Assembly (NCBI GenBank): GCA_040902005.1
Contig: JBBDYA010000045.1
Coordinates: 1-64,000, forward strand
Direction: 5' to 3'
Origin: Gemmatimonadaceae bacterium
Lineage (GTDB): Bacteria; Gemmatimonadota; Gemmatimonadetes; Gemmatimonadales; Gemmatimonadaceae
DNA: 64,000 bases
The translations under genes were made by a program, and so were the position numbers. Under the pieces are notes generated by a model. The model made no database searches. It saw only the letters and a program-made list of their open reading frames with translations, and was not told where the DNA came from. Below, one piece after another: positions 28,577 to 38,732 of the stretch; position 1 is the first letter of the stretch; the number at the start of each line of letters is the position of its first letter.

Positions 28577-29275
28577 ATGTTCGAGAATCTCATCGAAACG
28601 AAGCCGAAGAAGCCGAAGACGGCCAAGACCATGGCGCTCAGCATTTTCTTCCACGCCGTCATCATTGGCGCCGCCGTCTACGGAACGCTCGAGGCCAAGG
28701 AAGCCATCGAGAAGCCCAAGGCCGAGAAAGTGCAGTTCCTCGATGTGCCCAAGGAGGAGCCGCCTCCGCCGGAGGAAGCGCCGCCGCCGCCCGAGATCGT
28801 CGTCGCGCCGCCGCCCCCCAAGGGATTCCAGGTGCTGACCGCGCCGATCAAGATCCCGGATGTGCTGCCGGAAATCGACCTGTCCGCGAAAGTCACCGAC
28901 GAGGCGGACTTCAGCGGAAAGGGCGTCCAGGGTGGCTTCTCCACTGGTGTCGGCTCGGGCCCGGTGAACGCGGATCAGACCTACTTTGAGTTCCAGGTGG
29001 AAAAGCAGGTTTCATCCACGGGCAACCTCCGGCTGAACTATCCCGACATGCTGCGCTCCGCGAGCGTCGAGGGCGAGGTGCTCGCCCAGTTCGAGGTGGA
29101 TACCACCGGTCGCGTGGTGATGGCCACGTTCAAGGTGCTCAAGTCCAGCCACGACCTCTTCACCACGGCGGTCCGGCAGGCACTACAGACCGCGCGATAC
29201 TACCCGGCAGAGATCGGCGGTCGGAAGGTCCGGCAGCTCGTCCAGCAGCCGTTCAATTTCACGCTGACCCGCTGA
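28577..29275 (+). CDS. tonB: Energy transducer TonB
   Basis: TM with S-x3-H, Pro/Glu-rich linker, YPDMLR..VEGEV..FEVD..G C-terminal domain. Confidence 0.88.
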   Translation: MFENLIETKPKKPKTAKTMALSIFFHAVIIGAAVYGTLEAKEAIEKPKAEKVQFLDVPKEEPPPPEEAPPPPEIVVAPPPPKGFQVLTAPIKIPDVLPEIDLSAKVTDEADFSGKGVQGGFSTGVGSGPVNADQTYFEFQVEKQVSSTGNLRLNYPDMLRSASVEGEVLAQFEVDTTGRVVMATFKVLKSSHDLFTTAVRQALQTARYYPAEIGGRKVRQLVQQPFNFTLTR

Positions 29276-29336
29276 CCCGCAGTTCCCGTCCTTATTTCCC
29301 TGGCGTCCAACACTCAAGTCGTGGAGTTCGTGATTT

Positions 29337-30077
29337 ATGGAAATGTCAATGCTGCACATGTGGGAGCAGATGGGATGGTTCGTGAAAGGCATCGTGATCA
29401 CGATGGCCATCATGTCCATCTACTCGCTCACCATCGTGGTCCAGAAGTGGTGGAGCCTGCGGCAGGCGCAGAAGGAGACCGTGAAGTTCGCGCCGGAATT
29501 CTCCCAGTTCCTCGAGGAAGACAACCTCACTGAGGCGATTCGGCTGGCCGAGACGTACAAGAAGTCGCACGTCGCCCTCGTGCTGGGCGGTGCGTTGCAG
29601 GAAGTGAAGCCCCTCATCCAGGATGGCTCGGTGACGGTGGCAGACATCAACTCGGCGGAGCGGGCCATCGAGCGCAACATGCTGCTCGAGATCACGAACC
29701 TGAAGCGCGGCCTCGCGGTGCTGGCCACCGTCGGCGCCACCGCGCCGTTCGTGGGACTGCTCGGCACCACCATCGGTATCGTGAATTCCTTCCAGGGCAT
29801 GGCCACCAGCGGATCCGGCGGGCTTGCCGCGATTTCCGCCGGGATCTCCGAGGCGCTGATCGCGACCGCGTTCGGTCTCCTCGTCGCCATTCCTGCGGTG
29901 TGGGCCTACAACTACTTCACCACCAAGATCGACAACCTCACCGCGGAGATGACGTACGTCTCCAAGGAAATGATCGACTATCTCATCAAGGGTGTGAGCG
30001 GCGAGTTCGGTCGCTCGCGCTTCACGCGCGAGTTCAACGCGACCGCGACCAGCGGCAATACGCCGATCTCGCAGTAG
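29337..30077 (+). CDS. exbB: MotA/TolQ/ExbB proton channel protein
   Basis: APFVGLLGT, GISEALIATAFGLLVAIPA. Confidence 0.9.
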   Translation: MEMSMLHMWEQMGWFVKGIVITMAIMSIYSLTIVVQKWWSLRQAQKETVKFAPEFSQFLEEDNLTEAIRLAETYKKSHVALVLGGALQEVKPLIQDGSVTVADINSAERAIERNMLLEITNLKRGLAVLATVGATAPFVGLLGTTIGIVNSFQGMATSGSGGLAAISAGISEALIATAFGLLVAIPAVWAYNYFTTKIDNLTAEMTYVSKEMIDYLIKGVSGEFGRSRFTREFNATATSGNTPISQ

Positions 30078-30104
30078 GCACACGCCCTCAGGAGAATCCA
30101 AGCC

Positions 30105-30566
30105 GTGGGAATTCAGCACAGCAGCGCTCCAGTTCAGAGCTCGCCGAACGTGACGCCGATGGTTGACGTCATGTTGGTGCTCCTGATCATCTTCATGGTG
30201 GTGACGCCCGCCCTTCTGGCGGGCTTCAACGCCAAGCCGCCCGAGGGGGTGAACCTGAAGGAGCACCCCGGAGACGAGGAATCCGACCAGGTGCTTGGCA
30301 TCGACCGGGAAGGCCAGTACTACCTGAACAAGCAGCCGGTGAACATTGACGAGATGCCGGCGATGCTCAAGCGGATCTACGATGCGCGCACCGAGGACAA
30401 GATCCTGTACCTCAAGGCGGACCGCGAGGTCAATTACGCGCTCGTCCTCGACGCGATCGACATGGCGTCGAAGAACGGCGTGCGCGTCGTGGGAATGATC
30501 AGCGAGCAGCGATCGGGTACCGTGTCCACGGTCGCGGGTGATACGCGCGAAAACCCGGAGAGATGA
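30105..30566 (+). CDS. exbD: ExbD/TolR protein
   Basis: NVTPMVDVMLVLLIIFMV; LKAD. Confidence 0.9.
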   Translation: MGIQHSSAPVQSSPNVTPMVDVMLVLLIIFMVVTPALLAGFNAKPPEGVNLKEHPGDEESDQVLGIDREGQYYLNKQPVNIDEMPAMLKRIYDARTEDKILYLKADREVNYALVLDAIDMASKNGVRVVGMISEQRSGTVSTVAGDTRENPER

Positions 30567-31009
30567 CGATGGCAATGTCCACGGGTGGTGGGGGCGGCCT
30601 CACCAACGACATGAACGTGACGCCGATGATCGACGTGCTGCTGGTGCTCCTGATCATCTTCATGGCCGCGATTCCCACGATGCGGAAGGCCATCGACATT
30701 CAGCTGCCGGACCCCACGCCGGCACCCGCGCAGGCGAATCCGCAGTCCAATCAGATCGTGCTCGAGGTCCTGCCGGGAGGCGTGTTTGCGATCAACACCG
30801 AAAAGGTGGACCTCGGCGGGCTGGGGCCCCGGCTCAAGGAGATCTACGACCAGCGACCCGAGAAGATCATCTTTGTGAAGGGTGATCCTACCATCAAGTA
30901 TCAGGACGTGATTCAGGCCATGGATATCGCGCGCGGATCCGGCGTGAAGGTCATCGGTGTGCCGCCCAAGGATATCGGAACCAAGTCCGCCGGGGGCGCA
31001 GGACAGTAG
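30563..31009 (+). CDS. exbD: Second ExbD/TolR protein
   Basis: NVTPMIDVLLVLLIIFM; VKGD. Confidence 0.9.
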   Translation: MTMAMSTGGGGGLTNDMNVTPMIDVLLVLLIIFMAAIPTMRKAIDIQLPDPTPAPAQANPQSNQIVLEVLPGGVFAINTEKVDLGGLGPRLKEIYDQRPEKIIFVKGDPTIKYQDVIQAMDIARGSGVKVIGVPPKDIGTKSAGGAGQ

Positions 31010-31035
31010 CGGTCGAGCTCGGAACGGCAGTCGAG

Positions 31036-31076
31036 CGGCGGACGAACCCAGCGGGGATCGTCCGCCGTAGTGTTTT
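31036..31076 (+). terminator. Intrinsic terminator after exbD pair
   Basis: CGGCGGACGA/TCGTCCGCCG 10-bp stem followed by TAGTGTTTT. Confidence 0.6.
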
Positions 31077-31126
31077 GCAGCCCTTGCACTTCCGCGCACG
31101 CATCCCGACTGTCGGGTATAACGACT

Positions 31127-31924
31127 GTGAGCCAGGAATCCCCCCCCCCCTCCACTGGACATCGACGCCCGTACCGGGTGCCCCTCGGCCTGCCCAGCGC
31201 CCGGCACAGCTGGCGCGGAGGCACGGTGGCGTCGGTGCTCGTGCATGCGGTGCTGATCGGACTGCTGCTCGTCGAGGTCGGGCGCAGCGCTGATTTGCGG
31301 GAGCTGAGTCAGGGGGCGGGTGGCCCGGGGCCGGCCGGCGGAGGCGGAGGCGGGCGGCGCGGCAGCGGCGCTCAGCCCGAAGCGCTCGAATACGTTCGCG
31401 TTGCGCCCCCGCCTGAGCCGGCACCCGTGGCACCGCCGCGCATCGAGACCGAGCCCGTTCCCGTGCCCCAGATTGCCCTGGTCCCGGCGATCCCCGAACC
31501 GGAGCTTCCCAGGCTGGCATCACTGCCAATCACTGGAGTGGGTGGGGGCACGGGATCCGACGTGACGGGCGGAACGGGAACCGGCACCGGTGGCGGCATC
31601 GGTACGGGCGTGGGAACGGGCACGGGCTCGTCGGTTGGCCCAGGCACTGGCGGCGGGGACCAGCCGAACCACCCGCCGACGCCGATCGAGATGTTCATAC
31701 CGCCGCTGCCGGTTCCGGCTGGGGCGCGAGGTGCCAGCGTGATCGTGGAGTTCGATGTGGACGAATCAGGGCGGGTGCGTGGCATCGAGTTTACCCAGAC
31801 CCGGGACCGTGGCTACAACCGCCGTCTGCGACAGGCGCTGGAGGGGTACCGGTTCCGCCCGGGATCCCGTCCGGATGGCACGCCGGTTCGCATGAAGGCG
31901 CAGATCACGATCGATCTGCCCTAG
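31127..31924 (+). CDS. TonB-like protein with Gly-rich linker (start uncertain)
   Basis: SVLVH TM, Pro-rich then (GT)n Gly-rich segment, VEFDVDESGRV...FRPG C-terminal domain. Confidence 0.75.
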   Translation: MSQESPPPSTGHRRPYRVPLGLPSARHSWRGGTVASVLVHAVLIGLLLVEVGRSADLRELSQGAGGPGPAGGGGGGRRGSGAQPEALEYVRVAPPPEPAPVAPPRIETEPVPVPQIALVPAIPEPELPRLASLPITGVGGGTGSDVTGGTGTGTGGGIGTGVGTGTGSSVGPGTGGGDQPNHPPTPIEMFIPPLPVPAGARGASVIVEFDVDESGRVRGIEFTQTRDRGYNRRLRQALEGYRFRPGSRPDGTPVRMKAQITIDLP

Positions 31925-32017
31925 CCCTAGCGTCCATCGCTTTCGGCAACATATACTTCCGTGTTCCAACGCCGGCCTCCCAGGCCGGCGTTGTGCTGTC
32001 CCGCCTGAACCCGGAAC

Positions 32018-33580
32018 GTGATGACGCGTGTGACCGCCAAGCCGGACACCCCGCCAACGCAGCCGCAGTCCGAGTTCGTGAAAGCCATGACCCTGACCGA
32101 CGCGACGATGCTCGTGGCGGGTATCATGATCGGCTCGGGGATTTTCATCGTCTCGGCGGACATGGCGCGCAAGGTCGAGTCGCCGGCGTTCCTCCTGCTC
32201 GCGTGGCTGCTGACGGGCGTCATCACGCTGCTTGGCGCCCTCGCCTACGGCGAGCTCGCGGCGATGTTTCCCCGCGCCGGCGGGCAGTATGTCTTCATTC
32301 GGGAGTCATTGGGCCCTCTGCCGGCGTTCCTCTACGGCTGGACGCTGTTCGTGGTCATCCAGACGGGAACCATCGCCGCTGTCGCCGTGGCCTTTGGCCG
32401 CTTTGCCGGCGTGCTCTTTCCCGCCATCTCGACCGAGATGTACGCATGGTTCCCGAGCGCGCCCGTGTGTGTGGCAGCCCTGGGATGCAGTGATCCTGCA
32501 CGGGCAATTACGCTCGGACTCAATCCGCAGCGGTTGGCGGCGCTCGTCAGCGTCGCGGTGCTGACCTGGATCAACCTGCGCGGCGTGCGCGAAGGCAAGT
32601 TCGTGCAGACGACGTTCACCGTGGCGAAGACGGGCGCGCTGATCCTGCTGATTCTGCTGGCCCTCACGATCGGCCGGAACGACACCGCGATTGCGGCGAA
32701 TTTCAGCGGCGGCAACTTCGTCGGTGACGTGGACGTCACGGGCGTGTTCGTCATTGCCTTTGGCGCGGCGCTCGTCGGATCACTGTTCTCGAGCGACGCG
32801 TGGAACAACGTGACGTTCGCAGCCGCCGAGGTACAGAATCCTCAGCGGAATCTGCCCCTCGCGCTCGTGCTGGGTACCGGGATGGTGTCCGTCCTGTACG
32901 TGCTCGCGAACATCGGATACATGAGCGTGCTGCCGGTGGAGGGCGTGGCCGCCGGTACCACGGCCCTTGAGCGGGGCATATCTTACGCGACCGAGGATCG
33001 CGTCGGGACGGCCGCCATGGAAGTGATCTTCGGGCCGGTCGGCGCCACCATCATGGCCATCGCGATTCTGGTTTCCGTGTTCGGGTGCAATAACGGACTC
33101 ATTCTCGCTGGCGCTCGCGTGTTCTATGCGATGGCGCGTGACGGTCTGTTCTTCCGCAAAGCGGGAACGCTCAACCACAATCGCGTTCCAGCGACCGCGC
33201 TCGTGCTCCAGGCCATCTGGACCGGACTGCTGTGCCTGACAGGCACATACGGCCAGCTGCTGAATTACGTGATTTTCGCGGCCCTCGTGTTCTACGTGCT
33301 GACCACGATCGGCCTCTTCCGCCTGCGCGTGAAGCGGCCGGACATCCATCGGCCGTACCGGGCGATCGGCTATCCGTTTCTTCCAGCGCTCTACATCGTG
33401 CTCGCCGCGGGCGTGATGGTGTTGATCCTGCTGTCGCCGACCTCGCGCACCGAAGCGGTGTCCGGGCTCGTGCTCGTGCTCGTCGGCATCCCGGTGTACT
33501 TCCTCTGGCGCAAGGTGGAGGGCGATCGGCCCCCGCCGCCTCCCGCGCCGGCAGACGCGATTTCCCCCTCAACGACCTGA
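32018..33580 (+). CDS. APC-family amino acid permease
   Basis: IGSGIF, YGELAAMFPRAGG, EVQNPQRNLP, RVFYAMARDG, RPYR. Confidence 0.9.
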   Translation: MMTRVTAKPDTPPTQPQSEFVKAMTLTDATMLVAGIMIGSGIFIVSADMARKVESPAFLLLAWLLTGVITLLGALAYGELAAMFPRAGGQYVFIRESLGPLPAFLYGWTLFVVIQTGTIAAVAVAFGRFAGVLFPAISTEMYAWFPSAPVCVAALGCSDPARAITLGLNPQRLAALVSVAVLTWINLRGVREGKFVQTTFTVAKTGALILLILLALTIGRNDTAIAANFSGGNFVGDVDVTGVFVIAFGAALVGSLFSSDAWNNVTFAAAEVQNPQRNLPLALVLGTGMVSVLYVLANIGYMSVLPVEGVAAGTTALERGISYATEDRVGTAAMEVIFGPVGATIMAIAILVSVFGCNNGLILAGARVFYAMARDGLFFRKAGTLNHNRVPATALVLQAIWTGLLCLTGTYGQLLNYVIFAALVFYVLTTIGLFRLRVKRPDIHRPYRAIGYPFLPALYIVLAAGVMVLILLSPTSRTEAVSGLVLVLVGIPVYFLWRKVEGDRPPPPPAPADAISPSTT

Positions 33581-33614
33581 CGGCGTCACGCCGCTGAATA
33601 CGGAGACTGGCTGA

Positions 33615-35693
33615 ATGGTTCTGCTCTATCTCGCGCTGGGTGCAGGTGTACTCGCGCTGCTCTTCGCTCTCGTGACCGCCCGGCGCGTGCTCAGGGAAGA
33701 CACCGGCACGGACGTGATGCGGTCCATCGCCGCGCTGATTCAGGCCGGTGCCGCGGCATTCCTGCGACGGGAATACACGTTCCTGGCCGGATTTGTGGCC
33801 GTGGTCGCGGTGCTGATCGCGGTGTTTGTGGACTATGACATGACCGGCAAATTCGCCGCCATCGCCATCGTGGATGCAGGGAGATACGCCGACCTGCCGC
33901 GAACGGCGATCGCCTACGTGCTGGGCGCTTTCGCCTCCGCGACAGCGGGCTACATCGGGATGTACATCGCCGTGCGCGCGAACGTCCGCACGGCGGCCAA
34001 GGCGCGCGTGGGGCTGAATCCCGCCCTCCGCGTGGCGTTCTCGTCCGGCGCGGTGATGGGCATGACCGTGGTGGGCATCAGCCTCGTGTTCATCTCGCTG
34101 CTCTACCTCGTCTTCCAGCATTATCAGCCGCTGGCGGGCTTCGCGTTCGGCGCGTCGTCCATCGCGCTCTTCGCGCGCGTCGGTGGCGGGATCTATACCA
34201 AGGCGGCGGACGTCGGCGCCGACCTGGTCGGCAAGGTCGAAGCGGGCATCCCGGAGGATGATCCGCGGAATCCGGCGACCATCGCCGACAACGTGGGGGA
34301 CAACGTGGGTGACGTCGCCGGCATGGGCGCCGACCTGTTCGAGTCCTACACCGGCGCGATTGTCGCCACCATGTCGCTGGCCGCGGTCGGCATCCTCGGC
34401 GTCGGCGAAAACGCCGTGCTGCCGGCGGGCGCGGATGCGACGTATGACGCCAATGCCTTCGTGCTCCCGCTTGGCATCATGGGCGTGGGCGCCATCTGTG
34501 CCATTATCGGCACGTTCTTCGTGCGCACGAGCGAGAATGCAGACATGGGACGGCTGCTGTGGGCGCTGCGTGCCGGCATCTTCGGCGCGGGTGCGCTGGT
34601 GCTGCTTGCCACGGCGGGCATGATCCAGTGGCTCGGGCTCGACTTCAATCTCTTCTGGGCGGTGCTGGCCGGACTCGTGGCGGGACAGGTGATCGGCACG
34701 GCCACCGAGTACTACACGGCATACGAGTTCGGGCCCACGCAGCGGCTCGCAGCGCAGGCGGTGTCGGGCACCGGCCCGGCCATCATCGGCGGCCTGGCGC
34801 TCGGTATGCTGTCCACGACCATCCCGCTGCTCACGATCGTCCTTGCCATCTGGGCCACCTTTGAACTCGCGGGCCTCTACGGCATCGCGCTGGCCGCGGT
34901 CGGCATGCTCTCCACGCTTGGCATCACGCTGGCGACCGACGCGTACGGGCCCGTGGCCGACAATGCGGGCGGCATCGCCGAGCAGGCGCACCTGCCCGCC
35001 GAAGTGCGCGAGCGCACCGACGCGTTGGACTCACTGGGCAACACCACCGCGGCGACGGGGAAGGGCTTCGCGATCGGCTCCGCGGTGCTCACGGCCCTGG
35101 CGCTGATGGTGTCCTACTCGCAGATCACGCGGGTCACCACGTTCAACCTGCTCGACGTGAGCGTGTTGCTGGGGCTTCTCATCGGCTCGTTGATGCCCTT
35201 TCTCTTTGGCGCGCTCACCATGGGCGCGGTGGGCCGCGCGGCCATGAAAATGGTGGAGGAGGTGCGCCGCCAGTTCCGCGAGATTCCGGGCATCATGGAA
35301 GGGACCAATCCGCCGGATGCGGCCGGCGCGGTTCGCATCGCGACCGATGGCGCCATCAAGGAGATGGTGCTGCCGGGCGCCATCGCCGTCGCTGCGCCGA
35401 TCCTCGTGGGGGTTGTGCTCGGCGCCGAGGCGCTGGGCGGACTGCTCATCGGCTCCATCGGATCAGGGGCACTGCTGGCACTCATGATGGCCAACGCGGG
35501 CGGCGCGTGGGACAACGCCAAGAAGTACATCGAGAAGGGCCACCACGGCGGCAAGAACTCCGACGCACACCGCGCGGCGGTGGTTGGTGACACCGTCGGC
35601 GATCCGTTCAAGGACACCTCGGGGCCGAGCCTGAACATCCTGCTCAAGCTGATGGCCATCGTGGCGGTCGTCTTCGGCCCGCTGTTCCTGTAG
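33615..35693 (+). CDS. hppA: Membrane-bound ion-translocating pyrophosphatase, K+-dependent type
   Basis: [46 protein letters not shown] and GDPFKD. Confidence 0.95.
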   Translation: MVLLYLALGAGVLALLFALVTARRVLREDTGTDVMRSIAALIQAGAAAFLRREYTFLAGFVAVVAVLIAVFVDYDMTGKFAAIAIVDAGRYADLPRTAIAYVLGAFASATAGYIGMYIAVRANVRTAAKARVGLNPALRVAFSSGAVMGMTVVGISLVFISLLYLVFQHYQPLAGFAFGASSIALFARVGGGIYTKAADVGADLVGKVEAGIPEDDPRNPATIADNVGDNVGDVAGMGADLFESYTGAIVATMSLAAVGILGVGENAVLPAGADATYDANAFVLPLGIMGVGAICAIIGTFFVRTSENADMGRLLWALRAGIFGAGALVLLATAGMIQWLGLDFNLFWAVLAGLVAGQVIGTATEYYTAYEFGPTQRLAAQAVSGTGPAIIGGLALGMLSTTIPLLTIVLAIWATFELAGLYGIALAAVGMLSTLGITLATDAYGPVADNAGGIAEQAHLPAEVRERTDALDSLGNTTAATGKGFAIGSAVLTALALMVSYSQITRVTTFNLLDVSVLLGLLIGSLMPFLFGALTMGAVGRAAMKMVEEVRRQFREIPGIMEGTNPPDAAGAVRIATDGAIKEMVLPGAIAVAAPILVGVVLGAEALGGLLIGSIGSGALLALMMANAGGAWDNAKKYIEKGHHGGKNSDAHRAAVVGDTVGDPFKDTSGPSLNILLKLMAIVAVVFGPLFL

Positions 35694-35694
35694 C

Positions 35695-37167
35695 CTACGC
35701 CGCCAGGTCTTCCTCCACGTGCCCTTCCGGGAGCTTCTCGATGGTGAACCCGGTGAAGCCGTACACGAGCGCGATCAGGGGGTTCAGCAGGTTGAGGAAG
35801 GCGAAGGGCGCGTATGTGAGCGTTGCAACGCCGAGCGTGGACGCCATGAACGCGCCGCACGTGTTCCAGGGAACGAGGGCCGAGGTCATCGTCCCCGCGT
35901 CCTCGAGCGAGCGCGACAGGTTCTTGGGATGCAGGCCGCGCCGGCGGTACTCCGCCCGAAACATCCGGCCGGGAAGCACGATCGCGATGTACTGGTCCGA
36001 CGCGACCACATTGGTGCCGACTGAAGTGGCCAGCGTCGCGGCAATCAGACTGCCCGTCCCGCGCACCGTGGTCAGAATGGCCGCCGCGATCTTCTGTAGA
36101 AGCCCGGCCGTTTCCATCACGCCGCCGAACATCATCGCGGCCAGGATGAGCCACACCGTCGAGAGCATGCTCGACATCCCTCCACGCGTCAGCAACTCAT
36201 CCAGCGCGGCGTTGCCGGATTCCAGCCGGAAGCCGTCGAACAGCGCGATCCACGATCCCTTCACCATGGCCAGCCAGACCGGCAGGGCAGGGTCGTTGAC
36301 GAACCGAATCAGCGCCGCCTGCTGAAAGATCACGGCGAACACACAACCCGTCAGCGCGCCGATCAACAGCGCGGGAAAAGCCGGCACCTTGCGAATCACG
36401 AGCGTGATGACCAGCGCCGCCGGCAGCAGCAGATGCGGGCCGATCACGAAATTGTCACGCAGTGATGTGAGGATCGCGCCAAGCTGCTCCGTGCTCTGCG
36501 GCGACGGCACCACGAATCCCGCGATGGCAAACAGGATCAGGGCGATGATCATGCTGGGCCCTGTCGTCCACGCCATGTGGCGGATATGCGTGAACAGGTC
36601 CGTGCCGGCGATGGCCGGAGCCAGGTTCGTCGTGTCGGAGAGCGGCGACATCTTGTCGCCGAAGTACGCGCCGGAGATGATGGCGCCGGCGGCGAGCCCC
36701 ATGTGCAGGTTCTGCGCGGTGGCCACTCCCACCAGCGCCACACCGACGGTGCCGGCTGTGGTCCACGAGCTGCCGGTCGCGAGGGCAACCATGGCGCACA
36801 GGACGCATGCGGCCGCGTAAAACACGGCAGGCTTGAGGATGAGCAGTCCGTAATAGATCATCGTCGGTACGACGCCAGCGAGAATCCAGGTGCCGATGAC
36901 GGAACCGACCACCAGCAGGATCAGGATCGCGCCCATCGACAGGGAGATGCCATGAACGATGCCGCGCTCGATCTCCTTCCATGAATAGCCGAGCCGCAGC
37001 CCCATGATGATTCCGATGCCTGCCGCCAGCATGAGCGCGATCTGGTTCGGTCCCGCCGAAGAGCCGTCTCCGAACAGGAATACCGAGGCGGCCAGGAGGC
37101 CGATGAGGACGACAACGGGGGTGAGCGCCTGCCAGATCGTGGGCGCCCGCTTCACGGTTTCCGTCAT
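35695..37167 (-). CDS. nhaC: Na+/H+ antiporter NhaC family
   Basis: [26 protein letters not shown] and PWN; GAGGAG RBS. Confidence 0.92.
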   Translation of the reverse strand: MTETVKRAPTIWQALTPVVVLIGLLAASVFLFGDGSSAGPNQIALMLAAGIGIIMGLRLGYSWKEIERGIVHGISLSMGAILILLVVGSVIGTWILAGVVPTMIYYGLLILKPAVFYAAACVLCAMVALATGSSWTTAGTVGVALVGVATAQNLHMGLAAGAIISGAYFGDKMSPLSDTTNLAPAIAGTDLFTHIRHMAWTTGPSMIIALILFAIAGFVVPSPQSTEQLGAILTSLRDNFVIGPHLLLPAALVITLVIRKVPAFPALLIGALTGCVFAVIFQQAALIRFVNDPALPVWLAMVKGSWIALFDGFRLESGNAALDELLTRGGMSSMLSTVWLILAAMMFGGVMETAGLLQKIAAAILTTVRGTGSLIAATLATSVGTNVVASDQYIAIVLPGRMFRAEYRRRGLHPKNLSRSLEDAGTMTSALVPWNTCGAFMASTLGVATLTYAPFAFLNLLNPLIALVYGFTGFTIEKLPEGHVEEDLAA

Positions 37168-37239
37168 GCGGGAGAGTTCTCCTCGGTGGCGCGGTGGAGG
37201 GGAGGGGGGGTGCGCGGCCAAGCCCGTGCATGGTAACGC

Positions 37240-37267
37240 GTTATAGGGCCATTCGGCAAATCGTCAA
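37240..37267 (-). promoter_or_regulatory. Candidate sigma70 promoter of nhaC
   Basis: Minus strand TTGACG-N16-TATAAC. Confidence 0.5.
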
Positions 37268-37379
37268 GCTGGCGCCGCCTCGCCTCACGCCGTAGTATCG
37301 TCGCGGTCGTCCGCTTGCGCGATCGCTCCCTTCCGCCGATCGCGTCACGCTCCGTTCGCCTTTCTCCGGCCCCGAACTC

Positions 37380-38729
37380 ATGAAGCTGCACAACAAGATT
37401 CTGCTCGGCCTGCTGGTGGGCGGTACCGTTGGTGTCGTCATGAACCTCACGCTCGGTGGGGATCACGCGGTCGTCACGGGACTGAATCGGTACGTCGCCG
37501 GACCGGCCGGCCAGATCTTCCTGCGCCTGCTCTTCATGATCGTCGTACCGCTGGTCTTCGCCTCCATCACGGTCGGCGTCGCGGGGCTGGGCGACATTCG
37601 CAAAGTTGGCCGCGTGGGTGGCAAGGCGATGGCGATCTTCCTGACGACCACGGTGATCGCGGCGACCATCGGCCTGATTGCGGTGAACATCGTGCGCCCC
37701 GGAGCGCGGCTGGATGAGGGCATCAGGACCGAGCTGCTCGAGCGTTTCGCCTCCGACGCATCCAATACGGCGCAGGCATCCGCCCGGCAGGAGTTTGGCA
37801 TCCAGACGCTGATCAACCTCGTGCCGCGCAATCCCGTGCGCTCGGCGGCCGATCTCGATCTGCTGGGCCTGATCTTCTTCGCCATCGTGTTCGGCGCGGC
37901 ACTGACCCTGATTCCGGCCGAACGCGCCCGGCCACTCGTTCGCGTGCTGGAGGGACTCAACGACGTCGTCATCAAGATCGTCGAGTTCGCCATGCAGCTG
38001 GCGCCCTACGGTGTGGCCGCGCTGATCTTCGGGATGACGTCCGCGTTCGGATTCAACCTGCTCGTCCCGCTGGCGGGCTACGTCCTCGTGGTACTGGGAA
38101 GCCTGCTGGTGCACGGCATCGGGACCAACTCGATCATCCTGCGGTTCGTGATCGGGATGTCGCCACGGTTGTTCTTCAGCCGGATACGAACTTCCATCGT
38201 GACCGCGTTTTCCACCAGCTCGAGCAGCGCCACTCTGCCGACGAATCTCGCGGTGGCACAGAGGAACCTCGGCATCCCCGAGTCGGTGAGCGGTTTCGTG
38301 ATGCCGCTCGGTGCCACCATGAACATGAACGGTACTTCGCTGTTCGAGGGGATCACGGTGTTGTTTCTGGCGCAGGTGTTCGGCGTCGATCTCAATCTCG
38401 GACAGCAGGTGATCGTGGTCATCATGTGCGTGCTGACGGCGGTTGGCGCGGCTGGCGTGCCGGGCGGTTCCATTCCGCTGCTCGTGGGCATCATGGCGAT
38501 GTTCGGCGTGCCGCCGGAAGGCATCGCGATCATCCTCGGGGTGGACCGCATTCTGGACATGTCCCGCACCACGGTGAACGTCATCGGCGACGCCGTCGCC
38601 ACGACCTGGGTGGCGAAGTCGGAAGGGGTCTGGACGCCCGCAAGTCTACCGCCGGAGGACCAGACGCTGGAGGCCACGTCCGGGCGCGATGCCACGCCCG
38701 CCAACGCGCCGATCACGAGCACCAGGTAG
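37380..38729 (+). CDS. Dicarboxylate/amino acid:cation symporter (GltP/GltT-like)
   Basis: TSSSSATLP, NMNGT, GAAGVPGG and DRILDMSRTTVN. Confidence 0.9.
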   Translation: MKLHNKILLGLLVGGTVGVVMNLTLGGDHAVVTGLNRYVAGPAGQIFLRLLFMIVVPLVFASITVGVAGLGDIRKVGRVGGKAMAIFLTTTVIAATIGLIAVNIVRPGARLDEGIRTELLERFASDASNTAQASARQEFGIQTLINLVPRNPVRSAADLDLLGLIFFAIVFGAALTLIPAERARPLVRVLEGLNDVVIKIVEFAMQLAPYGVAALIFGMTSAFGFNLLVPLAGYVLVVLGSLLVHGIGTNSIILRFVIGMSPRLFFSRIRTSIVTAFSTSSSSATLPTNLAVAQRNLGIPESVSGFVMPLGATMNMNGTSLFEGITVLFLAQVFGVDLNLGQQVIVVIMCVLTAVGAAGVPGGSIPLLVGIMAMFGVPPEGIAIILGVDRILDMSRTTVNVIGDAVATTWVAKSEGVWTPASLPPEDQTLEATSGRDATPANAPITSTR

Positions 38730-38732
38730 TTC

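Noticed and set aside
31540..31660. GT/GGT repeat as a DNA repeat element
   Set aside because: Protein-level low-complexity linker with varied codons
37168..37235. Na+ or lysine riboswitch upstream of nhaC
   Set aside because: Leader is short and C-rich and I recognise no aptamer consensus; an Rfam scan would settle it
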